Assembly: GCF_006345805.1 (NCBI RefSeq) | Contig: NC_042998.1 | Coordinates: 197,222,001-197,286,000 of the forward strand | DNA from: Octopus sinensis | Lineage: Eukaryota | Direction of reading: 5' to 3' | DNA: 64,000 nucleotides | Shown: positions 22,671 to 36,378 of the stretch, piece by piece | How the letters are laid out: the number at the start of each line of letters is the position of its first letter | How positions within the stretch are numbered: position 1 is the stretch's first letter | Program-made: the position numbers and the translations under genes | The notes under the pieces: generated by a model | Told to the model about the DNA's origin: nothing | Database searches by the model: none | The model's input: the letters and a program-made list of their open reading frames with translations, nothing else

Positions 22671-23184
22671 TTCAATAACTCATCCACACTTTTGACATGT
22701 GTGAGGCTGAAATCATTACAGAGGTCCCAAATTGTTGGACCAGGCCATGAAAGTTACAGAGAGGGTCATAGCTCAACTAATTAGGAAGACAATCAGCCTA
22801 AACGTGATGCAGTTTGGTTTTGTGCTTGAGAAGACGCATCAAACTAATTAAAATGGTAGCCATTCACACATACAGGTATACAGGTATGTCCTTTGTGGTC
22901 ATACCCCACCTCTCTCTTCCTCTCACCCACACGTGCATAATCAGTCCCCTGACAAAACTCCCTTACAACTCATCTTCCCCAAACCCCCTCTCACCACCCA
23001 TAATCACCACCTGCTGCAGGCCCCTCCACTCTGCCTCACACACCTATCTGCACACTCTCCATTCCCTCACATGTCTCTCATACCACCCACCCCCATCCAG
23101 CTACTCCAGTTTCTCTTAACATGACTTGCCAGTAATCTCTTCTCCATCTTTAAACATCTCATCTCACACTCTTATTGAATATCC

Positions 23185-23610
23185 CTTGATTGTTACCAGC
23201 ATCACCTTACTGGTACTTGTGCCTGTGCTAGTAGGGTACCAAGAGCACCATCCGAGCGTGATCATTGCCAGAGCAGCCAACTGGCTTCCATACCCGTGGC
23301 ACGTAAAAGGGCACCATTCGAGCATGATCGTTACCAATGTTGCTTCACTGGCACCTGTGTCGGTAGCACGTGTAAAAAGAATCAAGCGAGGTCATTGCCA
23401 GATCCGCATGACTGGCCCCCGTGCTGGTGGCACGTAAAAAGCACCCACTACACTCTTGGAGTGGTTGGCATTAGGAAGGGCATCCAGCTGTAGAAACTCT
23501 GCCAGATCAAGATTGGAGTCTGGTGCAGCCATCTGGTTCACCAGCCCTCAGTCAAAATCGTCCAACCCATGCTAGCATGGAAAGCGGACGTTAAATGATG
23601 ATGATGATGA
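23185..23610 (+). mobile_element. RTE LINE 3' UTR fragment (family 1)
   Basis: Same family with (TGA)n tail; inverted relative to 22183-22670. Confidence 0.8.
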
Positions 23611-24187
23611 CCCCACTGCTCCCTGTGGGTAGATCCCAATGCATCTCCAACACCCTCTATTTCTCTCTCTCTCTAACTCTATCTCTCCTTCATCCCTTGA
23701 CCGGGGTGGCCAAGTATCCCCCCTATAGCAAATCCCTCATCTCTGTCCCTCTGTTATACTCCAGCCTCTTATCTGGACCAAAGACACTTCTCTCAGTCCC
23801 ACAACTTCTTCTAGACGAGAGGTCTTTGTCTTGGAGATTGATTGGTCACTCCACTCATCCTGGGGCCATGTAAAAAGCACCCAGTAAACTCTGTAAAATA
23901 ATTGGCATTAGGAAAGGAATCCAACCATGGAAACCATTCCAAAACAGGTAATGGAGCATGGTGCAACTCTCTGGCTTGCCAGCTCCTGTCAAACCATCCA
24001 ACCCATGCCAGCATGGAAGACAGACGTTAAATAATGATGATGATGATTTCATGGGGTTTTGTGAAAAGGAAGTTGTGTTATGTTGATATTGTAGTGTTAA
24101 TATGTACAGAGGTTGTATAGTGTTTAGGGAGTGTTATGTAGAGTAACAATATACTTCTTAAAAATAGTATTCTTTTTTTTTTTTCAG

Positions 24188-24229
24188 AAGAGCATGCAGA
24201 GAAAGGCAAAGGAAAGAAAGGTGAAAAAG
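24188..24229 (+). CDS. Internal micro-exon
   Basis: Long poly-T tract + cag|...AAAAAG|gtacaa; 42 nt, phase 1-1: EEHAEKGKGKKGEK. Confidence 0.8.
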
Positions 24230-24926
24230 GTACAATTAATTATAATTATATTCTACAGGAATGTATACGATTGCAATATACTTTTTGTGCAGTTTTCTCA
24301 AAAAAAAAAAAAAAAATTACTGAGCAGAAATGTCCAAGTTTCATGTATTTTACCTGAAAAGTTCTTAACAGGGAAATATCTGATGTAAATGATGTCTGAA
24401 AGATTTTTTAATGTGAAGACACAATTTCATTTCCTGATAAAGCACTCTATAGAATAGTTTGATAGAGTTGTATAACTCCCATCAAGAAGATCTATGATCA
24501 AAGGAATTTTACCTGATGTGTATGCTTTTGTACTTCTTTTGTTCTGTTTTTTTTTTTAAAGATGGCTGTAAATGATTTTAAAGAAAATCTGGATATTAAT
24601 TGAATACCCTCCTTTGTTCTGAAGAAGTTAATTTGCATAGCTAAAAATTTGTGCGACTTTAAAGCCACTGTTGTTGCTATTGTAAATGTTGTTGACTACT
24701 TCTGTTCAACCCTAAGATGCAGCACACTGTATGAGAACAACTGTATGTCCATCTGCAGCGACATTTTAGTGTCTGTTAACAAGTTAGAATAAAGAATGAC
24801 ATACACTACAACAATTAACAAATGTTATATAGTGGACAGTATATTAGTTGAAACATGTTAATGCTTCAAATATGTACTTTTAAGTATAGAATATGCACTA
24901 GTATAACATATATTTAACAAGGATAC

Positions 24927-25312
24927 TTTTGAGGAGACCTATTGAGTTAAGTACATCAACATCAAAATAAATATCAAATGGAAATTGTAGCTGAGATACC
25001 TGTGCCAGTGGCACATAAAGAGCACTATTTGAACGTGGCTGATGCCAGTGCTGCCTTGACTGGCTTCCGTGCCGGTGGCACGTAAAAAGCACCAACTGAT
25101 CATGGCCACTGCCAGCCTCCCCTGGCACCTGTGCCGATGGCATGTAAAAAGCACCTACCACACTCATGGAGTGGTTGGCGTTAGGAAGGGCATCCAGCTG
25201 TAGAAACACTGTCACATCAGACTGGAGCCTGGTGCAGCCCCCTGGCTTCCCAGACCCTTGTTGAACCATCCAAACCGTGATAGTACAGAAAACGGATGTT
25301 AAACGATGATGA
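24927..25312 (+). mobile_element. RTE LINE 3' UTR fragment (family 1)
   Basis: Same family with (TGA)n tail. Confidence 0.8.
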
Positions 25313-25724
25313 TATATATATGTGTGAGTGTGTGTGTATGTATGTATGTATGTATGTATAACATATTAGTGACTCCATCAGATCCAGATACTAGATTACT
25401 TGTTTCATCTCAATTGAAACAATTACATTATTTTATAAATATTCCATGAAAGTTAAGATTTGAATTTAATAATTACATATATAGCACATATGTATGACAT
25501 ACATACATACATTACATACACACATACACATATATATATATAACAACAAAGGGTGAAATTAATTAATTAAGAAGTAATCAATAATTTCACCAAGTAGAAT
25601 TTGCCATGAGAAAAGACCATTTCATGGTAAGTTTAAGTAATACTATATAATTAGGGTTCAGCAACGATTTGCTTCACCACACACCGAACTTTAGAAATAG
25701 CAGTCAAAAAATCTTAGCTATTCC

Positions 25725-25781
<57 letters not shown>

Positions 25782-26010
25782 GCTGTAGAAATGAGTTGCG
25801 ACGTCACAGGTGCCATTTGTATCGGGCCTTGCCTTTCCCTTGGACAACATCGGTGACGTGGAGAGGGGAGGCCGGTATGCATGGGCGACTGCTGGTCTTC
25901 CATAAAACAACCTTGCCCAGACTTGTGCCTCAGAGGGTAACTCTCTAGGTGCAAACCCATGGTCAGTGTCTGACCGAAGGGGGTCATTATATATATATTT
26001 ATATATATAT

Positions 26011-28638
26011 AATGATAAATCTCAGAGCGAGTTATAAACAGTAGCGGAAACACATCGTGATGTATATTTGCCATTTGAATATGGCTAACCCCTAAGGGTG
26101 GATGCTACTGTAGTTTGTAGCCCCAGGAAGACACCTCCTCCAGCTGGCTATAGACACACTTTCTGTGCCCTATCAGTATTTGTGAAGGGAAGTCATCCTT
26201 CCCGTCTTCAACTTATGATACACACGGACTCGAGTTTCAAGGTATTGACCTATCATTGGCGTGTGACAATCATAGTTGTCGACGAGAAGTCGGCTCCCTT
26301 CACAAATACATATACTTTTTCCAGTATCGATTGACACTGATATTGAAAAAGTGAAATCAAACAATGATAAATCTCAGAGCGAGTTATAAACAGTAGCGGA
26401 AACACATCGTGATGTATATTTGCCAATTTAATATGGCTAACCCCTAAGGGTGGATGCTACTGTAGTTGTAGCCCCAGGAAGACACCTCCTCCAGCTGGCT
26501 ATAGACACACTTTCTGTGCCCTATCAGTATTGTGAAGGGAAGTCATCCTTCCCGTCTTCAACTTATGATACACACGGACTCGAGTTTCAAGGTATTGACC
26601 TATCATTGGCGTGTGACAATCATAGTTGTCGACGAGAAGTCGGCTCCCTTCACAAATACATATACTTTTTCCAGTATCGATTGACACTGATATTGAAAAA
26701 GTGAAATCAAACAATGATAAATCTCAGAGCGAGTTATAAACAGTAGCGGAAACACATCGTGACGTATATTTGCCAATTAATATGGCTAACCCCTAAGGGT
26801 GGATGCTACTGTAGTTTGTAGCCCCAGGAAGACACCTCCTCCAGCTGGCTATAGACACACTTTCTGTGCCCTATCAGTATTGTGAAGGGAAGTCATCCTT
26901 CCCGTCTTCAACTTATGATACACACGGACTCGAGTTTCAAGGTATTGACCTATCATTGGCGTGTGACAATCATAGTTGTCGACGAGAAGTCGGCTCCCTT
27001 CACAAATACATATACTTTTTCCAGTATCGATTGACACTGATATTGAAAAAGTGAAATCAAACAATGATAAATCTCAGAGCGAGTTATAAACAGTAGCGGA
27101 AACACATCGTGATGTATATTTGCCAATTTAATATGGCTAACCCCTAAGGGTGGATGCTACTGTAGTTTGTAGCCCCAGGAAGACACCTCCTCCAGCTGGC
27201 TATAGACACACTTTCTGTGCCCTATCAGTATTTGTGAAGGGAAGTCATCCTTCCCGTCTTCAACTTATGATACACACGGACTCGAGTTCAAGGTATTGAC
27301 TATCATTGGCGTGTGTGACAATCATAGTTGTCGACGAGAAGTCGGCTCCCTTCACAAATACATATACTTTTTCCAGTATCGATTGACATGATATTGAAAA
27401 AGTGAAATCAAACAATGATAAATCTCAGAGCGAGTATAAACAGTAGCGGAAACACATCGTGATGTATATTTGCCAATTTAATATGGCTAACCCCTAAGGG
27501 TGGATGCTACTGTAGTTGTAGCCCCAGGAAGACACCTCCTCCAGCTGGCTATAGACACACTTTCTGTGCCCTATCAGTATTTGTGAAGGGAAGTCATCCT
27601 TCCGTCTTCAACTTATGATACAACGGACTCGAGTTTCAAGGTATTGACCTATCATTGGCGTGTGTGACAATCATAGTTGTCGACGAGAAGTCGGCTCCCT
27701 TCACAAATACATATACTTTTTCCAGTATCGATTGACACTGATATTGAAAAAGTGAAATCAAACAGTGATAAATCTCAGAGCGAGTTATAACAGTAGCGGA
27801 AACACATCGTGACGTATATTTGCCAATTTAATATGGCTAACCCCTAAGGGTGGATGCTACTGTAGTTTGTAGCCCCAGGAAGACACCTCCTCCAGCTGGC
27901 TATAGACACACTTTCTGTGCCCTATCAGTATTTGTGAAGGGAAGTCATCCTTCCCGTCTTCAACTTATGATACACACGGACTCGAGTTTCAAGGTATTGA
28001 CCTATCATTGGCGTGTGACAATCATAGTTGTCGACGAGAAGTCGGCTCCCTTCACAAATACATATACTTTTTCCAGTATCGATTGACACTGATATTGAAA
28101 AAGTGAAATCAAACAATGATAAATCTCAGAGCGAGTTATAAACAGTAGCGGAGGAAACACATCGTGATGTATATTTGCCAATTAATATGGCTAACCCCTA
28201 AGGGTGGATGCTACTGTAGTTTGTAGCCCCAGGAAGACACCTCCTCCAGCTGGCTATAGACACACTTTCTGTGCCCTATCAGTATTTGTGAAGGGAAGTC
28301 ATCCTTCCCGTCTTCAACTTATGATACACACGGACTCGAGTTTCAAGGTATTGACCTATCATTGGCGTGTGACAATCATGGTTGTCGACGAGAAGTCAGC
28401 TCCCTTCACAAATACATATACTTTTTCCAGTATCGATTGACACTGATATTGAAAAAGTGAAATCAAACAATGATAAATCTCAGAGCGAGTTATAAACAGT
28501 AGCGGAAACACATCGTGACGTATATTTGCCATTTGAATATGGCTAACCCAGCTGGAGGAGATATCTTCCTGGGGCTACAAACTACAGTAGCATCCACCCT
28601 TAGGGGTTAGCCATATTCAAATGGCAAATATACGTCAC

Positions 28639-28640
<2 letters not shown>
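26011..28640. repeat. Tandem array of a ~351-bp unit (7 full + 1 partial) with terminal inverted segment, embedded in (TA)n
   Basis: Unit starts 26011, 26363, 26713, 27063, 27414, 27764, 28115, 28469; 28548-28640 is the reverse complement of part of the unit. Confidence 0.95.
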
Positions 28641-28677
<37 letters not shown>

Positions 28678-29092
28678 CAAAACCACATTAAAATACCAAT
28701 CCAAAACCCAAGAAAATACAAAGATAAGTGAAAGAAGAAAAAAAGGGAAAGAGGAGAAAGTAAAAACATCATTTCGTGACAAGTGCGTTAATTGGTCACG
28801 CACCACGCGGTTCAACGGAACCTGCTGAAGCAAGCCACGAAGCTTGTGGTATTACTGTGGCCAGTGACAAGAGCAACCATGCTAAGTTTATATTTTATGC
28901 AATACTCTAGCAATTTGTATGTTTTACACAGCCACTGTTGTGGTACAAGCAAGGTCAGCCTAATGGTAATGGTATCTTCCTGCTTTATCTATTGTTCTCT
29001 CAGATGCCATCATGATGTGAAGTAGTGCACATCGTACCCTTGCTGTTGAAACATTCATCGAGATTAGGGGTCTAGGAGTTTTTTTCTTTCTT

Positions 29093-29516
29093 TTCTCTTT
29101 TACTCTTTACTCTTTTACTTGTTTCAGTCATTCGACTGCGGCCATGCTGGAGCACCGCCTTTAGTTGAGCAACTCGACCCCGGGACTTATTCTTTTGTAA
29201 GCCCAGTACTTATTCTATCGGTCTCTTTTGCCGAACCGCTAGGTAACAAGGACATAAACACACCAGCATCGGTTGTCATGCAATGCTAGGGGGACAAACA
29301 CAGACACACAAACACACACACGCAAATATATATATATATATATACATATATACGACGGGCTTCTTTCAGTTTCCGTCTACCAAATCCACTCACAAGGCTT
29401 TGGTCGGCCCGAGGCTATAGTAGAAGACACTTGCCCAAGGTGCCACGCAGTGGGACTGAACCCGGGACCATGTGGTTGGTAAACAAGCTACTTACCACAC
29501 AGCCACTCCTGTGCCT
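29093..29516 (-). mobile_element. tRNA-derived SINE (family 3)
   Basis: Reverse complement of 31235-31648; internal (TA)n/(CA)n; gtaaaaga-type tail. Confidence 0.85.
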
Positions 29517-29778
29517 GTTTTTTTTTTACCTCTTCACTGCGTCTCAGTTAGACTCAGGTTTTCCTTTGTATGTCGTAAAAGGTGAGTAAAAAGTTGTTGT
29601 TGAAGTAGGATTTGCACTCTGAACTCATAAAAAACCCTCACCAGCAGTGACTGACTGCTCGAAGGAAACCATGGGCTGGATGGGGGGGGGGGGCGGTGTG
29701 TCACCTGTGTGGTGCAAAAGTGTCATCCACCAGGAGGACCAGGAGGAGGAGGGAATCACCAATGAATGTGGGGTGCAG

Positions 29779-29834
29779 CAATTTGCTGCTACAACATATA
29801 CTACTACTACTACTGCTGCTACTACTACTATTAC

Positions 29835-29865
<31 letters not shown>

Positions 29866-30014
29866 GCCGCTGCTGCTACTACTACTATTACTACTGGTGC
29901 TGCTGCTGCTACTACTACTACTACTACCACTACTACTACTACCACTACTACTACTACTATTACTACTACTACCACCACTACTACTGCTTCTGCTGCTACT
30001 ACTACTACTACTGC
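29779..30014. repeat. (ACT)n/(GCT)n trinucleotide microsatellite
   Basis: Direct reading; explains the poly-T/L/S/V ORFs in four frames. Confidence 0.95.
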
Positions 30015-30136
30015 ACATTGATTGATGAAATTAGGATTTGTTGTGTTGGTGCCTTGATATCAGAAATTTGTGAGATAGCACAATACCTGTAGTTATCAAC
30101 CCCCATGTGCTGTTAATATTATCATCTTCTATTCAG

Positions 30137-30220
30137 GTAAGCGAAAGAAGACGGATTCAACACCAAAGGTAGAAATCCCATCTACATCAGGAGAAGGGAA
30201 GCCTGTACAGAGCTCATCAG
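30137..30220 (+). CDS. Internal exon
   Basis: tcttctattcag|...TCAG|gtatgt; 84 nt, phase 1-1: GKRKKTDSTPKVEIPSTSGEGKPVQSSS. Confidence 0.8.
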
Positions 30221-30237
30221 GTATGTTTCACATTATA

Positions 30238-30633
30238 TCTTTATATATAAAAGTCAAGTTGTGTCTGTCCCCTTCGATTTAGATTCCTAACTACTCCCAC
30301 ATTTTGCGGTGCAGTTTAACCAAAACCGGGTATCTTATAGTCGTGATTCATATCGAACCCTTCTGGGTATTAGCGCGCGTCTACAATGAGTCTACAATTT
30401 AAAAAAAAATTTACCATCATTTTTTTCCATTTTAATGCATTTTTTTTGCTATTATATAAGGGAAGTAACTCTCTAAAAATGTCTACGATGAGTCAACGAT
30501 TTAAAAAAAAATTTACCATAATTTTTTTCCATTTTTGATGCATTTTTTTGCTATTTTTTGGCTATAACTCTCTAAAAATGCTTATATAGTTATTTCCCTT
30601 ACAAACCCGAGCAACGCCGGGCGATACTGCTAG
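30238..30633 (+). mobile_element. Non-autonomous Helitron
   Basis: a|TCtttatatataaaa ... cccgagcaacgccgggcgatactgCTAG|t: 5' TC, 3' hairpin + CTAG, A/T insertion site, no TSD. Confidence 0.85.
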
Positions 30634-31234
30634 TTTTACTTAAAAGTTTAAAGTTCCATAATACTTTTACTAACATATCTTTATTCAGAATTAAATATCA
30701 GAATATTTTTAATCGACAGAAAGTCTTTGATTAACTTTGTTTACAATTATATGCTTATGATGTCCTGTTCAGTAAAATGTTGCAGTTTTGGAGACTGGAC
30801 TAGGCTGTAACATTCAGAATGCATCATTCAAAGTGTGTGTATAAATGAGAGTACATTGCGTGGTATACTTTTATAAGTTCTGAGTTCAAATTCTGCCGAG
30901 GTTGACTTTGCCTTTCATCCTTTCGGGGTCAATTAAATAAGTACCAGTTACGCACTGGGGTCGATATAATTGACTTAATCCGTTTGTCTGTCCTTGCTTG
31001 TCTCTTCTGTGTTTAGCCCCTTGTGGGTAGTAAAGAAATAGGTATAGTTTTAACATATATTGTGAGCAGTATAGATATGGAAATATGTTGTGTAGTGTTG
31101 TTAGAGCAAGTTGTATGCAATTTTGTAAAGACCTGGTCGTCAGAACATTTTCTACAGGATATTATGCAGAAGTGAGGTTATGTTGTGCATAGTAATCAGA
31201 ACATATATAGGAATTACTAAAATCTTTGGAGTAT

Positions 31235-31648
31235 AGGCGCAGGAGTGGCTGTGTGGTAAGTAGCTTGCTAACCAACCACATGGTTCTGGGTTCAGTCCCA
31301 CTGCGTGGCATCTTAGGCAAGTGTCTTCTGCTATAGCCTCGGGCCGACCAATTCCTTGTGAGTGGATTTGGTAGACAGAAACTGAAAGAAGCCTGTCGTA
31401 TATATGTATATATATATGTATGTGTGTGTATATGTTTGTGCGTCTGTGTTTGTCCCCCTAGCATTGCTTGACAACCAATGCTGGTGTGTTTACGTCCCCG
31501 TCACTTAGCGGTTCGGCAAAAGAGACCGATAGAATAAGTACTGGGCTTACAAAGAATAAGTCCCGGGGTCGATTTGCTCGACTAAAAAGGCGGTGCTCCA
31601 GCATGGCTGCAGTCAAATGACTGAAACAAGTAAAAGAGAGAAAAGAGA
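31235..31648 (+). mobile_element. tRNA-derived SINE (family 3)
   Basis: A box tggctgtgtgg, B box ggttcagtccc, tail gaaacaagtaaaagag. Confidence 0.85.
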
Positions 31649-32129
31649 TATGCTATAATTGTAAATGTAACAAGTTTATGGAATGTAATATATCTGTTAG
31701 GTTATGATGTATGGTGTAGGAAGTTGATGTTGTATGAACTGTTAAGTAGAGGCCAGGATACTGCATGTGTTATTTACTGCAGATAAACAATGCTGTCCTT
31801 GTCTGTCCTTGTTTGTCCCCTCTGTGTTTAGCCCCTTGTGGGTAGTAAAGAAATAGGTGGTGGTTGTGGTGGTGATGATGATGAGGAGGAGGAGGAAGAA
31901 CCCATACAATGTTTTTATCTCTATACACAACCTAAAATCATTACAGCATTGTTTATCTGCAGTAAATAACACATGCAGTATCCTGGCCTCTACTTAACAG
32001 TTCATACAACATCAACTTCCTACACCATACATCATAACCTAACAGATATATTACATTCCATAAACTTGTTACATTTACAATTATAGCATATCTCTTTTCT
32101 CTCTTTTACTTGTTTCAGTCATTTGACTG
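31610..32129. repeat. Perfect 187-bp inverted repeat with 146-bp spacer
   Basis: 31610-31796 is the exact reverse complement of 31943-32129 (compared base by base); pairing extends imperfectly through the flanking SINEs. Confidence 0.95.
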
Positions 32130-32493
32130 TGGCCATGCTGGAGCACCACCTTTAGTCGAGCAAATCAACCCCAGGACTTATTCTTTGTAAGTCCAGTACT
32201 TATCATATCGGTCTCTTTTGCCGAACCGCTAAGTGATGGGAACGTAAACAAACCAGCATCGGTTGTCAAGCAATGCTAGGGGGATGAACACAGACACACA
32301 AATGCACACACGCATATACATATATATACATATATACGACGGGCTTCTTTCAGTTTCCGTCTACCAAATCCACTCACAAGGCATTGGTTGGCCCGGGGCT
32401 ATAGCAGAAGACACTTGCCCAAGATGCCACGCAGTGGGACTGAACCCGGAACCATGTGGTTGGTAAGCAAGCTACTTACCACACAGCCACTCC
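32092..32493 (-). mobile_element. tRNA-derived SINE (family 3)
   Basis: Diverged reverse complement of 31235-31648. Confidence 0.85.
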
Positions 32494-33501
32494 CTTGCAT
32501 ACAAGCATGTCTCCTGCACCCCTCTTCAGCTGAGCGTTCTTAATTGTGCAGGTTCTTGGGTACTGGTGCTGCATAAAAACACCCAGTCCACACCCTGTAA
32601 AGTGGTTGGCATTAGGATAGGCATCCAGCCATTGAAACCATACCAAAACTGACATGGAACCTAGGCAGCTCTCCAGATGATTAGCTCCTGTCAAACCATC
32701 CGACCCATGCCAGCATGGAAAATGGACGTTAAATTATGGTAATGATGAGGAAAGTGAGTTTTATAGTCAGAAAATGTCTTTTGTTATATTATGTGGTGTG
32801 CAGTGAGGGCATGGGGGTGCTGTACTCATGACCCTGAGATCTTGGCTCTGATTCCTGAACTGGGTGATGTGGTGTGTTCTTGAGCAAAACACCCCATTTC
32901 ATATTGCCCTGTGATCGGTTTGACCTCTGACATTTGGCACACATGTTCACCTGTACAGGCTACGTCTGTTTGATGGAGGGAGTGAGCTTTTGTGCAGCAC
33001 AAGCATTTGATTACTATGAACCAAGTCACCTGTGCAGGTTGTTCAGAAAGAAACAGCTGAACCCTCATCTATGACAAGAGAGTCCACAATGATAGCAAAG
33101 CATTGATGACATTTTGTATGGTGTGCTTTGATGACATGGTGTGTGGAGATTGACATATTGTGTGTGGTGCTAAATAGAGCAATGAGATGCCAACATAGTT
33201 CAGTATGTAAGAAATACACTCCACATGAGTTGTGGTTCTGGGTTTGACCTCATCGGGTAGCCCCTTGGGTAAGTGCTTTCCTATTAAGCCTTTTGCTAAA
33301 CATTGACTCGAAGTGGAACTTGTTGGTAGACACCATTTTGAAGTGCGTTATGTATGTATAAAAATTGTATTAGTCTTCTGAAATTCTCTCTGTGCACATA
33401 TCTTTCTTGCTGTCATTGGTTTGCGTCAGTCTCACTAGAGATTTTGTGAAGGCCATAGGCACTAACACTTCTTCCAGGCCAAGTAAATATATGTATGTAT
33501 A

Positions 33502-34616
33502 CATGGGTTGGACGAAATAATGGAAACACCTTAAACAAAGTTTCAATTTTTGTCCATTCTTCAGCTAAAACAGTTTCCAGTTCTTAAGTTAAGTTAATTT
33601 TTTGGCTCAAAAAGCAAAAAGCAAGGCCATGTAGGGGGACATGGAGTTATGTACAGGGAGGGTGTTCATGCAAAGAGTTCAGGCCATTTCTGGTCAAGAG
33701 AGACTTTGAACCGAGTGGTCGTCGGCATCTTCACTATTTCTTGCAGTGATGATGGTGGAGGATATCGACTCCTTACTTGTTTTTCTAAAATACACCATAA
33801 ATGTTCAATTATATTGAGATCTGAGGACTGTGGTGGCCAGATAAGATGTTCAACTTCACTAGAATGTTCCTCGTGCTATTCAGTAACAACTATAGCTGTG
33901 TGAATTGGTGCATTATCATCCAGAAAGATTGCGTTTACCTCTGGAAACAGTTCTGCAACCATAAGATGAATTTGATCAGATATGCTTAAACAGTCTTGAC
34001 GATTAATTCTACCATGAAAGGAAACTATTGGGACAGTGGGTTTCCAAGATATAACCCCCCCCCACTCCAGATCATCACGGATCCTCCTCCGTGTTTAACA
34101 GTTGGAAGAAGGCAGTCTGAGTCAAATGTTTCTTTTGGCTGTCTCCACAGGTATACTTGGCCAGTGGCCGGAAATAAGGTAAAGGATTACTCGTCCAAGA
34201 ACTTAACATTCTTCCACTGCTCTAGGGACCAATTCTGTAGGTTTTTACTCCAGTGGTTTTCTGATTGCAACCCTCCCTTGAAATCTGGCTCTGTACACTT
34301 CCCAGCGAACAGTTTTTGTGGAAACTGGGTTCTCAAGGTGGTCATTAAGCTCTGCAGCAATTTTGGGAGCTATACTTTTGTGATCCTTTCTAACAATTTG
34401 TGCAAGAGTCCGACATGCCCTGTCTGAAAGTTTTGGTTTTCTTCCAGAGTTTTGTTTTGACGAGGAGGCCTTTCTCAAAGACTGTCATTGCTTTTGAGAC
34501 AGTCCTTCTTGATACACCAAACATAAAGATTAGCAAGTTTTTGATGGTTTTTATAGATATTTCAAAATTATGATGCCATGATTGCTAGGTGTTTCCATTA
34601 TTTTGTCCAACCTCTG
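33502..34616 (-). mobile_element. Decayed Tc1-like DNA transposon
   Basis: TA TSDs; TIRs catgggttggacgaaataatggaaacacct / aggtgtttccattattttgtccaacctctg; transposase remnants SGRKPKLSDR, VSTKTVR, IRKPL and WPPQSSDLNIIEHLW. Confidence 0.9.
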
Positions 34617-35469
34617 TATTTATATATGTGTTTTATTTTTACATTATTATACATTTAGTTTCATAACAGCCAAGCCATGTTACTGAATGGTTTCATGTTG
34701 AAGAATATTCCAAGTGTGGAAAGGCAAAGTAACAATCATTGTTTGTTAACATAAGTTGACTGTTATGAAATTAAATTTACACTATTTTATAAATAATATA
34801 CCCACTCTGTAACCTGATATATGAGTGCCTGTTATTTCCTGACTCATGCCTATATGTGTGTGTGTGAGTGTGAAGAAAATGGAAAAAGTTGTAATATCAC
34901 CTGTAACCTGTGTGATTTGAATGCTGCATCTACTGTAAACCAAAATGATATTACAACCTTTAACCACCTAAATATGTTATACCGTGTGTGTGACGTAACA
35001 CTTTCGTTACTGTATTTCTGTTGAGATGCTCTGTGTTTCTTTCAATTACTTTAAATATAACAAAGAATTTAGTAAAATAACTTATTTATTATTTAGCTAC
35101 TGTTAGCAACACAAATTGTGACTAAGATTTGGTGGGAGATTTTAATTCAAAACTTATGAAAACAAGACATTTTGTACTCAGATCCAGGGCCGGTTTCAGC
35201 CGGGTTGGTCACAAAAGGGTTAAGAGAACCACTGTCATATATATAAAAAAATCAAAAAAAAATCTTAGTGCCCAATTTCAGTTACCAGACTGAAATAAGT
35301 AACATGATCAATATAATCAACTAAAACAACTTTGGTGCTCCAGCATGGCCACAGTCCAGTGACTAACAAGCAAATAATTACAATAAGAATCATGACATGG
35401 TGCACTGTACAAGTTAGGGACATATTACATCATGTTTGGTGTAGCAAATAGCAAATACTGTATGATGTA

Positions 35470-36017
35470 TCATCATCATTGTTTAACGTCTGCTTTCCAT
35501 GCTAGCATGGGTTGGACGATTTGACAGGTCTAGCGAACCAGGCTCCAGTCTGATCTGGCAGTGTTTCTACAGCTGGATGCCCTTCCTAATGCCAACCACT
35601 CCGAGAGCGTAGTGGGTGCTTTTATGTGCCACTGGCACGAGGGCCAGTTTGGTGGTACTGGCAACTGCCACGCCCAAATGATGCTTTTTATGTGCTACCT
35701 GCACAGGAGCCAGTCCAGCGGCACTGGCAGTGACCTCACTCGAATGTGCCACCAGTACAAGTGCTAGTAATGCGACGCGGTAACGATCATGCTCGAATGG
35801 TGTTTTTAACGTGTCATCGGCACGAAGGCCAGCTTGTTGCTCTGGCAACGATCTCACTCATATGGTACTCTTAGCGCTCCACTAGCAACGGATACCAGTC
35901 ACCGAGTTTGATTTCGACTTCAATTTCACTTGCCTCAACTGGTCTTCGCAAGCAGAGTTTAGTATTCAATGAAGAAAGGGACTCATAAGTGGACTGGTTA
36001 TACCCCTAGCATAGGTA
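35470..36017 (-). mobile_element. RTE LINE 3' UTR fragment (family 1)
   Basis: Colinear with 3460-4010. Confidence 0.8.
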
Positions 36018-36303
36018 GGAATTGCTACATTTGTATCTGATACACTGTACAACCCCCCACTAACCACCAAACAGTTAACGTACCCTCTTCTCACATTGGA
36101 CTCAATACAAATGAGTCACTCAGTCGTCTTACTATCATGATAGCAAAATTTTATCCATGCGCACATTTTTGTCCTTGCATATATTTCCTTGCAGATCTTT
36201 AAGCTGAGCATCAACTCTGTTGATCTTGAGAATTTGCGAGATTACTCTACGACTATAGACATGAATTCTCTCTAATTAATATTTTGATATTCTATTTATT
36301 AAG

Positions 36304-36378
36304 CTCCAGATGTGACGGAAGGTAAAGTACCAATTGCTTCAGAAGAGTCAACCACTGAAAAAGGCAGAATAGAATCAG
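36304..36378 (+). CDS. Internal exon
   Basis: ttctatttattaag|...TCAG|gtgcgt; 75 nt, phase 1-1: APDVTEGKVPIASEESTTEKGRIES. Confidence 0.8.

Noticed and set aside
26098-28440. Recurrent 63-84-aa ORFs in the 351-bp array
   Set aside because: Frames break differently between near-identical copies; no recognisable domain
29625-30025. Poly-Thr mucin-like ORF
   Set aside because: (ACT)n microsatellite open in four frames; no convincing splice context
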